This document shows positions 35,301-50,300 of a stretch of 64,000 nucleotides of DNA, one piece after another. This stretch comes from Eledone cirrhosa. Its lineage: Eukaryota. Position numbers and translations under genes: made by a program. The notes under the pieces were generated by a model that worked only from the letters and a program-made list of their open reading frames with translations, had not been told where the DNA came from and searched no databases. Numbering within the stretch: the first letter of the stretch is position 1; each line of letters begins with the position of its first letter. The stretch is taken from positions 441,378,001 through 441,442,000 of the forward strand of contig OZ024740.1 of assembly GCA_964016885.1 (NCBI GenBank), read 5' to 3'.

Positions 35301-38300
35301 ACTGTTGAGACTGTTTCCTACTGCTGGGACTATTTACCACTGTTAGGACTACTTACTACTGTTGTGAGTATTTACTACTGCTAGGACTATTTACTGCTGT
35401 TGAGACTATTTACTTCTGCTGGGACTATTTACTAGTGCTGGGACTATTTACTACTGCTGGGACTATTTTCTACTGTTAGGACTATTTACTACAGTTGAGA
35501 ATATTTACTACTGCTGGGACTATTTACTATGGTTGAGACTACTTACTACTGTTGAGACCATTTACTACTGCTGGGACTAATTACTACTGTTGAGACTATT
35601 TACTACTGCTGGGATTATTTACTAGCTGGGACTATTTACTACTGTTAGGACTACTTACTACTGTTGAGACTATTTACTACTGCTCGGAATATTTACTGCT
35701 GCTGAGTCTATTTACTACTGCTTGGACTATTTACTAGTGCTGGGACTATTTACTACTGCTGGGACTATTTACTACTGTTAGGACTATTTACTGCTGTTGA
35801 GACTATTGACTACTGTTGGGACCATTTACTACAGTTGAGACTATTTACTACGTCTGGCACTATTTACTGCTGATGGGACTATTTACTAGTGTTGAGACAA
35901 TTTACTACTGCTGGGACTACTTACTACTGTTGAGACCATTTACTACTGCAGGGAATATTTACTACTGTTGAGACTATTTACTACTGCTGGGACTATTTAC
36001 TACTGCTGGGACTATTTACTACTGCTGGGACAAATTACTACCTTTTTGAGACTATATACTACTGCTGGGACTATTTACTACTGTTGAGACTATTTACTAT
36101 TGCTGTGACTATTTACTACTGTTGAGGCTATTTACTACTGCTGGGACTATTTACTATTGCTGGGACTATTTACTACTGTTAGGACTACTTACTACTGTTG
36201 TGACTATGTACTACTACTGGGACTATTTACTACTGTTGAGACTATTTACTACTGTGAGGACTACTTACTACTAGTATTTACTAGTGTTAGGTCTACTTAC
36301 TATTGTTTTGACTATTTACTACTGTTAGGACTATTTACTACTGTTAAGACTATTAAATACTGCTGGGACTATTTACTACTGTGAGGACTATTAACTACTG
36401 TTGAGACTATTTACTACTGCTGGGACTATGTACTATTGTTGAGACTATTTACTACTGCTGGGACTATTTACTACTGTTGAGAATATTTACTAATGCTGGG
36501 ACTATTTACTACTGTTGAGACTATTTACAACTGCTTGGAATATTTACTACTGCTGAGACTATTTACTACTGCTGGAGCTATTTACTACTTTCTACTGTTG
36601 AGACTATTTACTACTGTTGAGACTATTTACTATTGCTGGGACTATTTACTACTGCTGGGACTATTTACTACTGCTGGGACTATTTACTACTTTCTACTGC
36701 TGGGACTTTTACTACTGTTGAGACTATTTACTACTGATGAGACTATTTACTTCTGCTGGGATTATGTACTATTGTTAGGACTACTTACTAATGTTGAGAC
36801 ACTGTACTACTGTTGGGACTACTTACTACTATTTAGACTATTTTCTACTATTGGGACTATTTACTACTGCTTGGACTATTTTCGACTGTTAGTTCTATTT
36901 ACTGTTGTTGAGACTATTTACTACTGCGGCGACTATTTACTACTATTTAGACTATTTACTACTGCTGGAACTACTTACTACTGCTGAGACTATTTACTAC
37001 TGCTGGGACTATTTACTATGGTTGAGACTATTTACTACTGTAGGGACTACTTACTACTGTTGAGACTATTTACTACTGCTGAGACTATTTACTAATGTTG
37101 AGACTATTTACTGCAGCTGGGACTATTTACTACTGTTGAGACTTTTTAATACTGTTAGGAATACTTACTACTGTTGTGACTATTTACTACCGTTAGGACT
37201 ATTTACTCCTGCTGGGACTATTTACTACTGTTGAGACTATTTCCTACTGCTGGGACTATTTACTACTGTTAGGACTACTTACTACTGTTGAGACTATTTA
37301 CTATTGCTGGGTCTATTTACTGCTGTTGAGACTATTTACTACTGCTGGGACTATTTACTAGTGCTGGGACTATTTACCACTGCTGGGACTATTTACTACT
37401 GTTGAGACTATTGACTACTGCTGGGACTATTTACTACTTACTACTATTGAGACTATTTACTTCTATTAAGACTATTTACTACTGCTGGGACTATTTACTA
37501 CTTACTACTGTTGAGACTATTTACTTCTGTTAAGACTATTTACTACTGCTTGGACTATTTACTACTGCTGGGACTATTTACTACTGCTGGGTCTATTTAC
37601 TACTGTTGAGACTATTTACTTATGCAGGGACTATTTACTACTGCTGGGACGTATTTACTACGGTTGAGACTATTTACTACTGCTGGGAATATTTACTACT
37701 GCTGGGACTATTTACTACTGTTGAGACTGTTTCCTACTGCTGGGACTATTTACCACTGTTAGGACTACTTACTACTGTTGTGAGTATTTACTACTGCTAG
37801 GACTATTTACTGCTGTTGAGACTATTTACTTCTGCTGGGACTATTTACTAGTGCTGGGACTATTTACTACTGCTGGGACTATTTTCTACTGTTAGGACTA
37901 TTTACTACAGTTGAGAATATTTACTACTGCTGGGACTATTTAATACTGCTGGGACTACTTACTACTGTTGAGACCATTTACTACTGCTGGGACTATTTAC
38001 TACTGTTGAGACTATTTACTACTGCTGGGACTATTTACTACTGCTGGGACTATTTACTACAACTGGGACTATTTACTACTGTTGAGACTATTTACTACTG
38101 CTGGGACTATTTACTGCTGCTGGGACTATTTACTACTGTTAGGACTATTTACTACTGTTGAGACTATTTACTACTGCTCGGACTTTTTACTGCTGTTGAG
38201 TCTATTTACTACTGCTTGGACTATTTACTAGTGCTGGGACTATTTACTACTGCTGGGACTATTTACTACTGTAAGGACTATTTACTGCTGTTGAGACTAT

Positions 38301-41300
38301 TAACTACCGCTGGGACCATTTACTACAGTTGAGACTATTTACTACGTCTGGGACTATTTACTGCTGAGGGGACTATTTACTAGTGTTGAGACAATTTACT
38401 ACTGCTGGGACTATTTTCTACTGTTGAGACTATTTACTACTGCTGGGACTATTTACTACTGTTGAGAATATTTACTACTGCTGGGACTATTTACTACTGT
38501 TGAGAATATTTACTACTGCTGGGACTATTTACTAATGTTGAGACTATTTACTACTGCTGGGACTATTTACTACTGTTGAGACTATTTACTACTGCTTGGA
38601 ATATTTACTACTGTTGAGACTATTTACTACTGCTGGGACTATTTACTACTGTTGAGACTATTTACTATTTTCTACTGCTGGGACTATTTACTACTGTTGA
38701 GACTATTTACTACTGCTGGGACTATTTACTACTGCCCGGACTATTTACTTCTGTTAAGACTATTTACTACTGCTGGGAATATTTACTTCTGCTGGGATTA
38801 TGTACTATTGTTAGGACTACTTACTAATGTTGAGACTATGTACTACTGCTGGGACTACTTACTACTGTTGAGACTATTTTCTACTATTGGGACTATTTAC
38901 TACTGTTGAGAATATTTACTACTGCTGGGCTATTTACTACTGCTGGTACAATTTACTACCTTTTTGAGACTATATACTACTGCTGGGACTATTTACTACT
39001 GTTGAGACTATTTACTATTGCTGTGACTATTTACTACTGTTGAGGCTATTTACTACTGCTGGGACTATTTACTATTGCTGGGACTATTTACTACTGTTAG
39101 GACTACTTACTACTGTTGTGACTAAGTACTACTACTGGGACTATTTACTACTGTTGAGACTATTTACTACTGTGAGGACTACTTACTACTAGTATTTACT
39201 AGTGTTAGGACTACTTACTATTGTTTTGACTATTTACTACTGTTAGGACTACTTACTACTGTTAAGACTATTTACTACTGCTTGGACTATTTACTACTGT
39301 GAGGACTATTAACTACTGTTGAGACTATTTACTACTGCTGGGACTATGTACTATTGTTGAGACTATTTACTACTGCTGGGACTATTTACTACTGTTGAGA
39401 ATATTTACTACTGCTGGGACTATTTACTAATGTTGAGACTATTTACTACTGCTGGGACTATTTACTAATGTTGAGACTATTTACTACTGCTGGGACTATT
39501 TACTACTGTGGAGACTATTTACTACTGCTTGGAATATTTACTACTGCTGGGAGTATTTACTACTTTCTACTGCTGGGACTATTTACTACTTTTGAGATTA
39601 TTTACTACTCCTGGGACTATTTACTACTGCTGGGACTATTTACTACTGCTGGGAGTATTTACTACTTTCTACTGCTGGGACTATTTACTACTTTTGAGAT
39701 TATTTACTACTGCTGGGACTATTTACTACTGCCCGGACTATTTACTTCTGTTAAGACTATTTACTACTGCTGGGAATATTTACTTCTGCTGGGTTTATGT
39801 ACTATTGTTAGGACTACTTACTAATGTTGAGACTATGTACTACTGCTGGGACTACTTACTACTGTTGAGACTATTTTCTACTATTGGGACTATTTACTAC
39901 TGCTTGGACTATTTTCGACTGTTAGGTCAATTTACTGCTGTTGAGACTATTTACTCCTGCTGGGACTATTTACTACAGTTGAGACTATTTCCTACTGCTG
40001 GGACTATTTACTAGTGCTGGGAGTATTTACCACTGCTGGGACTATTTACTACTGCTCGGAACTATTAACTGCTGTTGAAACTATTGACTAATGCGGGTAC
40101 TGTTTACTACTGTTGAGACTATTTACTACTGCTGGTACTATTTACTACTTACTACTGTTGAGACTGTTTACTTCTGTTAAGACTATTTACTACTGCTGGG
40201 ACTATTTACTACTGCTGGGACTATTTACTACTGTTGAGACTATTTACTTCTGTTAAGACTATTTACTACTGCTGGGACTATTTTCTACTGCTGGGTCTAT
40301 TTACTACTGTTGAGACTATTTACTTCTGCTGGGACTATTTACTACTGTTGAGTCTATTTACTACTGCTTGGACTATTTACTAGTGCTGGGACTATCTACT
40401 ACTGTTGAGACTATTTACTATTGCTGTGACTATTTACTACTGTTGAGGCTATTTACTACTGCTGGGACTATTTACTATTGCTGGGACTATTTACTACTGT
40501 TAGGACTACTTACTACTGTTGTGACTATGTACTACTACTGGGACTATTTACTACTGTTGAGACTATTTACTACTCTGAGTACTACTTACTACTAGTATTT
40601 ACTAGTGTTAGGACTACTTACTATTGTTTTGACTATTTACTACTGTTAGGACTATTTACTACTGTTAAGCCTATTTACTACTGCTGGGACTATTTACTAC
40701 TGTGAGGACTATTAACTACTGTTGAGACTATTTACTACTGCTGGGACTATGTACTATTGTTGAGACTATATACTACTGCTGGGACTATTTACTACTGTTG
40801 AGAATATTTACTACTGCTGGCACTATTTACTACTGTTGAGAATATTTACTACTGCTGGGACTATTTACTAATGTTGAGACTATTTACTACTGCTGGGACT
40901 ATTTACTACTGTTGAGACTATTTACTACTGCTTGGAATATTTACTACTGTTGAGACTATTTACTACTGCTTGGAATATTTACTACTGTTGACACTATTTA
41001 CTACTGCTGAGACTATTTACTACTGCTGGGACTATTTACTATTTTCTACTGCTGGGATTATTTACTACTGTTGAGACTATTTACTACTGCTGGGACTATT
41101 TACTACTGCCCGGACTATTTACTTCTGTTAAGACTATTTACTACTGTTGGGAATATTTACATCTGCTGGGATTATGTACTATTGTTAGGACTACTTACTA
41201 ATGTTGAGACTATGTACTACTGCTGGGACTACTTACTACTGTTGAGACTATTTTTTACTATTGGGACTATTTACTACTGCTTGGACTATTTTCGACGGTT

Positions 41301-44300
41301 AGGTCTATTTACTGTTGTTGAGACTATTTACTACTGCGGCGACTATTTACTACTGTTGAGACTATTTACTACTGCTGGGTCTATTTACTACTATTGAGAC
41401 TATTTACTACTGCTGGAACTACTTACTACTGCTGAGACTACTTACTACTGCTGGGACTATTTACTATGGTTGAGACTATTTACTACTGTAGGGACTACTT
41501 ACTACTGTTGAGACTATTTACTACTGCTGAGACTATTTACTAATGTTGAGACTATTTACTGCTGCTGGGACTATTTACTACTGTTGAGACTATATCTTAC
41601 TGCTGGGACTATTTACTACTGTTAGGACTACTTACTACTGTTGAGACTATTTACTATTGCTGGGTCTATTTACTGCTGTTGAGACTATTTACTACTTCTG
41701 GGACTATTTACTAGTGCTGGGACTATTTACCACTGCTGGGACTATTTACTACTGTTAGGACTATTAACTGCTGTTGAGACTATTAACTAATGCGGGTACT
41801 GTTTACTACTATTGAGACTATTTACTACTGCTGGGACTATTTACTACTTACTACTGTTGAGACTATTTACTTCTGTTAAGACTATTTACTACTGCTGGGA
41901 CTATTTACTACTGCTGGGACTATTTACTACTGCTGGGTCTATTTACTACTGTTGAGACTATTTACTTCTGCAGGGACTATTTACTACTGCGGGGACGTAT
42001 TTACTACGGTTGAGACTATTTACTACTGCTGGGACTATTTACTACTGTTGAGACTGTTTCCTACTGCTGGGACTATTTACCACTGTTAAGACTACTTACT
42101 ACCATTTACTACTGCTGGGACTATTTACTACTGTTGAGACTATTTACTACTGCTGGGACTATTTACTACTGCTGGGACTATTTACTACAACTGGGACTAT
42201 TTACTACTGTTGAGACTATTTACTACTGCTGGGACTATTTACTGCTGCTGGGACTATTTACTACTGTTAGGACTACTTACTACTGTTGAGACTATTTACT
42301 ACAGCTCGGACTATTTACTGCTGTTGAGTCTATTTACTACCGCTTGGACTATTTACTAGTGCTGGGACTATTTACTACTGCTGGGACTATTTACTACTGT
42401 AAGGACTATTTACTGCTGTTGAGACTATTTACTACGTCTGGGACTATTTACTGCTGAGGGGACTATTTACTAGTGTTGAGACAATTTACTACTGCTGGGA
42501 CTACTTACTACTGTTGAGACCATTTACTACTGCAGGGACTATTTACTAGTGCTGGGACTATTTACTACTGCTGGGACTATTTACTACTGTTAGGACTATT
42601 TACTGCTGTTGAGACTATTGACTACTGCTGGGACCATTTACTACAGTTGAGACTATTTACTACGTCTGGGACTATTTACTGCTGATGGGACTATTTACTA
42701 GTGTTGAGACAATTTACTACTGCTGGGACTACTTACTACTGTTGAGACCATTTACTACTGCAGGGACTATTTACTACTGTTGAGAATATTTACTACTGCT
42801 GGGACTATTTACTACTGCTGGGACTATTTACTACTGCTGGTACAATTTACTACCTTTTTGAGACTATATACTACTGCTGGGACTATTTACTACTGTTGAG
42901 ACTATTTACTATTGCTGTGACTATTTACTACTGTTGAGGCTATTTACTACTGCTGGGACTATTTACTATTGCTGGGACTATTTACTACTGTTAGGACTAC
43001 TTACTACTGTTGTGACTAAGTACTACTACTGGGACTATTTACTACTGTTGAGACTATTTACTACTGTGAGGACTACTTACTACTAGTATTTACTAGTGTT
43101 AGGACTACTTACTATTGTTTTGACTATTTACTACTGTTAGGACTATTTACTACTGTTAAGACTATTTACTACTGCTTGGACTATTTACTACTGTGAGGAC
43201 TATTAACTACTGTTGAGACTATTTACTACTGCTGGGACTATGTACTCTTGTTGAGACTATTTACTACTGCTGGGACTATTTACTACTGTTGAGAATATTT
43301 ACTACTGCTGGGACTATTTACTAATGTTGAGACTATTTACTACTGCTGGGACTATTTACTACTGTTGAGACTATTTACTACTGCTTGGAATATTTACTAC
43401 TGCTGAGACTATTTACTACTGCTGGGACTATTTACTACTTTCTACTGCTGGGACTATTTACTACTGTTGAGACTATTTACTACTGCTGGGACTATTTACT
43501 ACTGCTGGGACTATTTACTACTGCTGGGACTATTTACTACTTTCTACTGCTGGGACTATTTACTACTGTTGAGATTATTTACTACTGCTGGGACTATTTA
43601 CTACTGCCCGGACTATTTACTTCTGTTAAGACTATTTACTACTGCTGGGAATATTTACTTCTGCTGGGATTATGTACTATTGTTAGAACTACTTACTAAT
43701 GTTGAGACTATTTTCTACTATTGGGACTATTTACTACTGTTTGGACTATTTTCGACTGTTAGGTCCATTTACTGCTGTTGAGACTATTTACTCCTGCTGG
43801 GACTATTTACTACTGTTGAGACTATTTCCTACTGCTGGGACTATTTACTACTGTTAGGACTACTTACTACTGTTGAGACTATTTACTATTGCTGGGTCTA
43901 TTTACTAGGGCTGGGACTATTTACCACTGCTGGGACTATTTACTACTGTTAGGACTATTAACTGCTGTTGAGACTATTGACTAATGCGGGTACTGTTTAC
44001 TACTGTTGAGACTATTTATTACTGCTGGGACTATTTTCTACTTACTACTGTTGAGACTGTTTACTTCTGTTAAGACTATTTACTACTGCTGGGACTATTT
44101 ACTACTGCTGGGACTATTTACTACTGCTGGGTCTATTTACTACTGTTGAGACTATTTACTTCTGCTGGGACTATTTACTACTGCTGGGACGTATTTACTA
44201 CGGTTTAGACTATTTACTACTGCTGGGACTATTTACTACTGCTGGCACTATTTACTACTGTTGAGACTATTTACTGCTGATGGAACTATTTACTACTGTT

Positions 44301-47300
44301 AGGACTACTTACTACTGTTGAGACTATTTACTACTGCTCGGACTATTTACTGCTGTTGAGTCTATTTACTACTGCTTGGACTATTTACTAGTGCTGGGAC
44401 TATTTACTACTGCTTGGGACTATTTACTACTGTAAGGACTATTTACTGCTGTTGAGACTATTAACTACTGCTGGGACCATTTACTACAGTTGAGACTATT
44501 TACTACGTCTGGGACTATTTACTGCTGAGGGGACTATTTACTAGTGTTGAGACAATTTACTACTGCTGGGACTACTTACTACTGTTGAGACCATTTACTA
44601 CTGCAGGGACTATTTACTAGTGCTGGGACTATTTACTACTGCTGGGAATATTTACTACTGTTAGGACTATTTACTGCTGTTGAGACTATTGACTACTGCT
44701 GGGACCATTTACTACAGTTGAGACTATTTACTACGTCTGGGACTATTTACTGCTGATGGGACTATTTACTAGTGTTGAGACAATTTACTACTGCTGGGAC
44801 TACTTACTACTGTTGAGACCATTTACTACTGCAGGGACTATTTACTACTGTTGAGACTATTTACTACTGCTGGGACTATTTACTACTGCTGGGACTATTT
44901 ACTACTGCTGGTACAATTTACTACCTTTTTGAGACTATATACTACTGCTGGGACTATTTACTACTGTTGAGACTATTTACTATTGCTGTGACTATTTACT
45001 ACTGTTGAGGCTATTTACTACTGCTGGGACTATTTACTATTGCTGGGACTATTTAATACTGTTAGGACTACTTACTACTGTTGTGACTATGTACTACTAC
45101 TGGGACTATTTACTGCTGTTGAGATTATTTACTACTGTCAGGACTACTTACTACTAGTATTTACTAGCGTTAGGACTACTTACTATTGTTTTGACTATTT
45201 ACTACTGTTAGGACTATTTACTACTGTTAAGACTATTTACTACTGCTGGGACTATGTACTATTGTTGAGACTATTTACTACTGCTCGGACTATTTACTAC
45301 TGTTGAGAATATTTACTACTGCTGGGACTATTTACTACTGTTGAGAATATTTACTACTGCTGGGACTATTTACTAATGTTGAGTCTATTTACTACTGCTT
45401 GGAATATTTACTACTGCTGAGACTATTTACTACTGCTGGGACTATTTACTACTTTCTACTGCTGGGACTATTTACTACTGTTGAGACTATTTACTACTTC
45501 TGGGACTATTTACTACTGCTGGGACTATTTACTACTGCTGGGACTATTTACTACTTTCTACTGCTGGGACTATTTACTACTGCCCGGACTATTTACTTCT
45601 GTTAAGACTATTTACTACTGCTGGGAATATTTACTTCTGCTGGGATTATGTACTATTGTTAGGACTACTTACTAATGTTGAGACTATGTACTACTGCTGG
45701 GACTACTTACTACTGTTGAGACTATTTTCTACTATTAGGTCTATTTACTACTGCTTTGACTATGTTCGACTGTTAGGTCTATTTACTGCTGTTGAGACTA
45801 TTTACTACTGCGGCGACTATTTACTACTGTTGAGACTATTTACTACTGCTGGGTCTATTTACTACTATTGAGACTATTTACTACTGCTGGAACTACTTAC
45901 TACTGCTGAGACTATTTACTACTGCTGGGACTATTTACTATGGTTGAGACTATTTACTACTGTAGGGACTACTTACTACTGTTGAGACTATTTACTACTG
46001 CTGAGACTATTTACTAACGTTGAGACTATTTACTGCTGCTCGGACTATTTACTACTGTTGAGACTATTTAATACTGTTACGACTACTTACTACTGTTAGG
46101 ACTACTTACTACTGTTGTGACTATTTACTACCGTTAGGACTATTTACTCCTGCTGGGACTATTTACTACTGTTGAGACTATTTCCTACTGCTGGGACTAT
46201 TTACTACTGTTAGGACTACTTACTGATGTTGAGACTATTTACTACTGCTGGGACTATTTACTAGTGCTGGGACTATTTAGCACTGCTGGGACTATTTACC
46301 ACTGTTAAGACTACTTACTACTGTTGTGAGTATTTACTACTGCTAGGACTATTTACTGCTGTTGAGACTATTTACTTCTGCTGGGACTATTTACTAGTGC
46401 TGGGACTATTTACTACTGCTGGGACTATTTACCACTGTTAAGACTACTTACTACTGTTGTGAGTATTTACTACTGCTAGGACTATTTACTGCTGTTGAGA
46501 CTATTTACTTCTGCTGGGACTATTTACTAGTGCTGGGACTATTTACTACTGCTGGGACTACTTACTACTGTTGAGACTATTTACTACTGTTATGACTATT
46601 TACTACTGCTGGGACTATTTACTACTGCTGGTACAATTTACTACCTTTTTGAGACTATATACTACTGCTGGGACTATTTACTACTGTTGAGACTATTTAC
46701 TATTGCTGTGACTATTTACTACTGTTGAGGCTATTTACTACTGCTGGGACTATTTACTATTGCTGGGACTATTTACTACTGTAAGGACTACTTACTACTG
46801 TTGTGACTATGTACTACTCCTGGGACTATTTACTACTGTTGAGACTATTTGCTACTGTGAGGACTACTTACTACTAGTATTTACTAGTGTTAGGACTACT
46901 TACTATTGTTTTGACTATTTACTACTGTTAGGACTATTTACTACTGTTAAGACTATTTACTACTGCTGGGACTATATACTACTGTGAGGACTATTAACTA
47001 CTCTTGAGACTATTTACTACTGCTGGGACTATGTACTATTGTTGAGACTATTTACTACTGCTGGGACTATTTACTACTGTTGAGAATATTTACTACTGCT
47101 GTGACTATTTACTAGTGTTGAGAATATTTACTACTGCTGGGACTATTTACTAATGTTGAGTCTATTTACTACTGCTTGGAATATTTACTACTGCTGAGAC
47201 TATTTACTACTGCTGGGACTATTTACTACTGTTGAGACTATTTACTACTGCTGGGTCTATTTACTACTATTGAGACTATTTACTACTGCTGGGGCTATTT

Positions 47301-50300
47301 ACTTCTGTTAAGACTATTTACTACTGCTGGGAATATTTACTTCTGCTGGGATTATGTACTATTGTTAGGACTACTTACTAATGTTGAGACTATGTACTAC
47401 TGCTGGGACTACTTACTACTGTTGAGACTATTTTCTACTATTAGATCTACTTACTACTGCTTTGACTATTTTCGACTGTTAGGTCTATTTACTGCTGTTG
47501 AGACTATTTACTACTGCGGCGACTATTTACTACTGTTGAGACTATTTACTACTGCTGGGTCTATTTACTACTATTGAGACTATTTACTACTGCTGGAACT
47601 ACTTACTACTGCTGAGACTATTTACTACTGCTGGGACTATTTACTATGGTTGAGACTATTTACTACTGTAGGGACTACTTACTAGTGTTGAGACTATTTA
47701 CTACTGCTGAGACTATTTACTAACGTTGAGACTATTTACTGCTGCTCGGACTATTTACTACTGTTGAGACTATTTAATACTGTTAGGACTACTTACTACT
47801 GTTAGGACTACTTACTACTGTTGTGACTATTTACTACCGTTAGGACTATTTACTCCTGCTGGGACTATTTACTACTGTTGAGACTATTTCCTACTGCTGG
47901 GACTATTTACTACTGTTAGGACTACTTACTGCTGTTGAGACTATTTACTACTGCTGGGACTATTTACTAGTGCTGGCACTATTTAGCACTGCTGGGACTA
48001 TTTACTACTGTTAGGACTATTAACTGCTGTTGAGACTATTGACTAATGCGGGTACTGTTTACTACTGTTGAGACTATTTACTACTGCTGGGACTATTTTC
48101 TACTGCTGGGATATTTACTACTGTTGAGACTGTATATTACAGCTGGGACTATTTACTACTGCTGTGACTAGTTACTACTGCTGGGACTATTTACTACTGT
48201 TGAGATTATTTACTACTACTGGGATTATTTACTACTGCTGGGACTATTGACTACTGCTGGGACTATTTACTACTGGTGAGACTATTGACTACTGCTGGGA
48301 CTATTTACTACTGTTGAGACTATTTCCTACTGTTACGACTATTTACTACTGTTGAGACTATTGACTACGGCTGGGACTATTTACTACTGTTGAGACTATT
48401 TACTTCTGCTGGGACTATTTACTACAGCTGGGACTATTTACTACTGTTGAGACTATTTACTACTGATGGAACTATTTACTACTGTTGAGTCTATTTACTA
48501 CTGCTGAGTTTATTTACTACTTACTACTTCTGGGACTATTTACTAATGTTGAGACTATTTACTACTGCTGGGACTATTTACTGCTGTCGAGACTATTTAC
48601 TACGGCTGGGACTATTTACTACTGCTGGGACTATTTACTACTTACTACTGCTGGGTCTATTTACTACTATTGAGACTATTTACTACTGCTGGGACTATTT
48701 ACTACTGTTGAGACTATTTACTACAGCTGGGACTATTTACTACTGCTGGGACTATTAACTACTGTTGAGACTATTTACTACTGCTGGGACTATTTACTAC
48801 TGTTGAGGCTATTGACTACTGCTGGGACTATTTACTGTTGTTTAGACTATTTACTACTGCTGGGACTATTTACTACTGTTGAGACTATATACTACTGCTG
48901 GGACTATTTACTACTATTGAGACTATGGACTACTACTGGGACTATTTACTACTGTTGAGACTATTTACTACTGCTGGGACTATTTACTACTGTTGAGACT
49001 ATTTACTACTGTTGAGAGTATTTACAACTGCTGGGATTATTTTCTACTGCTGGGACTATTTACTACTGTTGAGACTATTGACTACTGCTGGGAGTATTTA
49101 CTACTGTTAGGACTACTTTCTACTGTTAGAAATACTTACTACTATTTACTACTGTTGAGACTATTTCCTACTGCTGGGACTATTTACTACTGTTAGGACT
49201 ACTTACTACTGTTGAGACTATTTACTACTGCTGGGACTATTTACTGCTATCGAGACTATTTACTACTGCTGGGACTATTTACTACTGCTGGGACTATTTA
49301 CTACTGTTAGGACTATTTAATGCTGTTGTGACTATTGACTACTGCTGGGACTATTTACTACTGTTGAGACGATTTACTACTGCTTGGACTATTTACTACT
49401 GTTGAGACTATTTGCTATTGTTGAGACTATTTACTACAGCTGGGACTTTTTACTACTTACTACTGCTGGGTCTATTTACTACTGCTGGGACTATATACTA
49501 CTGCTGGGACTATTTACTACTGTTGAGACTCTTTACTACTGCTGGGACTATTTACTACTATTGAGACTATTTACTACTGCTGGGACTAATTACTAATTCT
49601 GTGACTATTTACTACTGTTGAGACTATTGACGAATGCTGGGACTATTTACTACTGCTGGGTCTATTTACTACTGTTGAGAATTTTTACTACTGCTGGGAC
49701 TATTTACTACTGTTGAGATTAGTTACTACTGGTGGGACTATTTACTACTTACTACTGCTGGGACTATTTACTACTGTTGAGACTTTTTACTACTGCTGGG
49801 ACTATTTACTACTGTTGAGATTAGTTACTACTGGTGGGACTATTTACAACTTACTACGGCTGGGACTATTTACTACTGTTGTGACTATTTACTACTGCTG
49901 GGACTATTTAATACTTACTACTGCTGGGACTATTTACTACTGTTGAGACTATTTACTACTTCTGGGACTATTTACTACTGTTGTGACTATTTACTACTGC
50001 TGGGACTATTTACTGCTTACTACTGCTGTGACTATTTACTACTGCTGGGACTATTTACTACTGTTGAGATTGTTTACTACTGCTGGGACTATTTACTACA
50101 TTCTACTGCTGGGACTATTTACTACTGTTGAGACTATTTACTATTGCTGGGACTATTTACTACTGCCCGGACTATTTACTATTGTTGAGACTATTTACTA
50201 CTGCTGGGAATATTTAATTCTGCTGGGACTATTAAATTCCTGTTGAGACTATTTACTACTGCTGGGACTATTTACTAATGTTAGGACTACTTACTACTGT

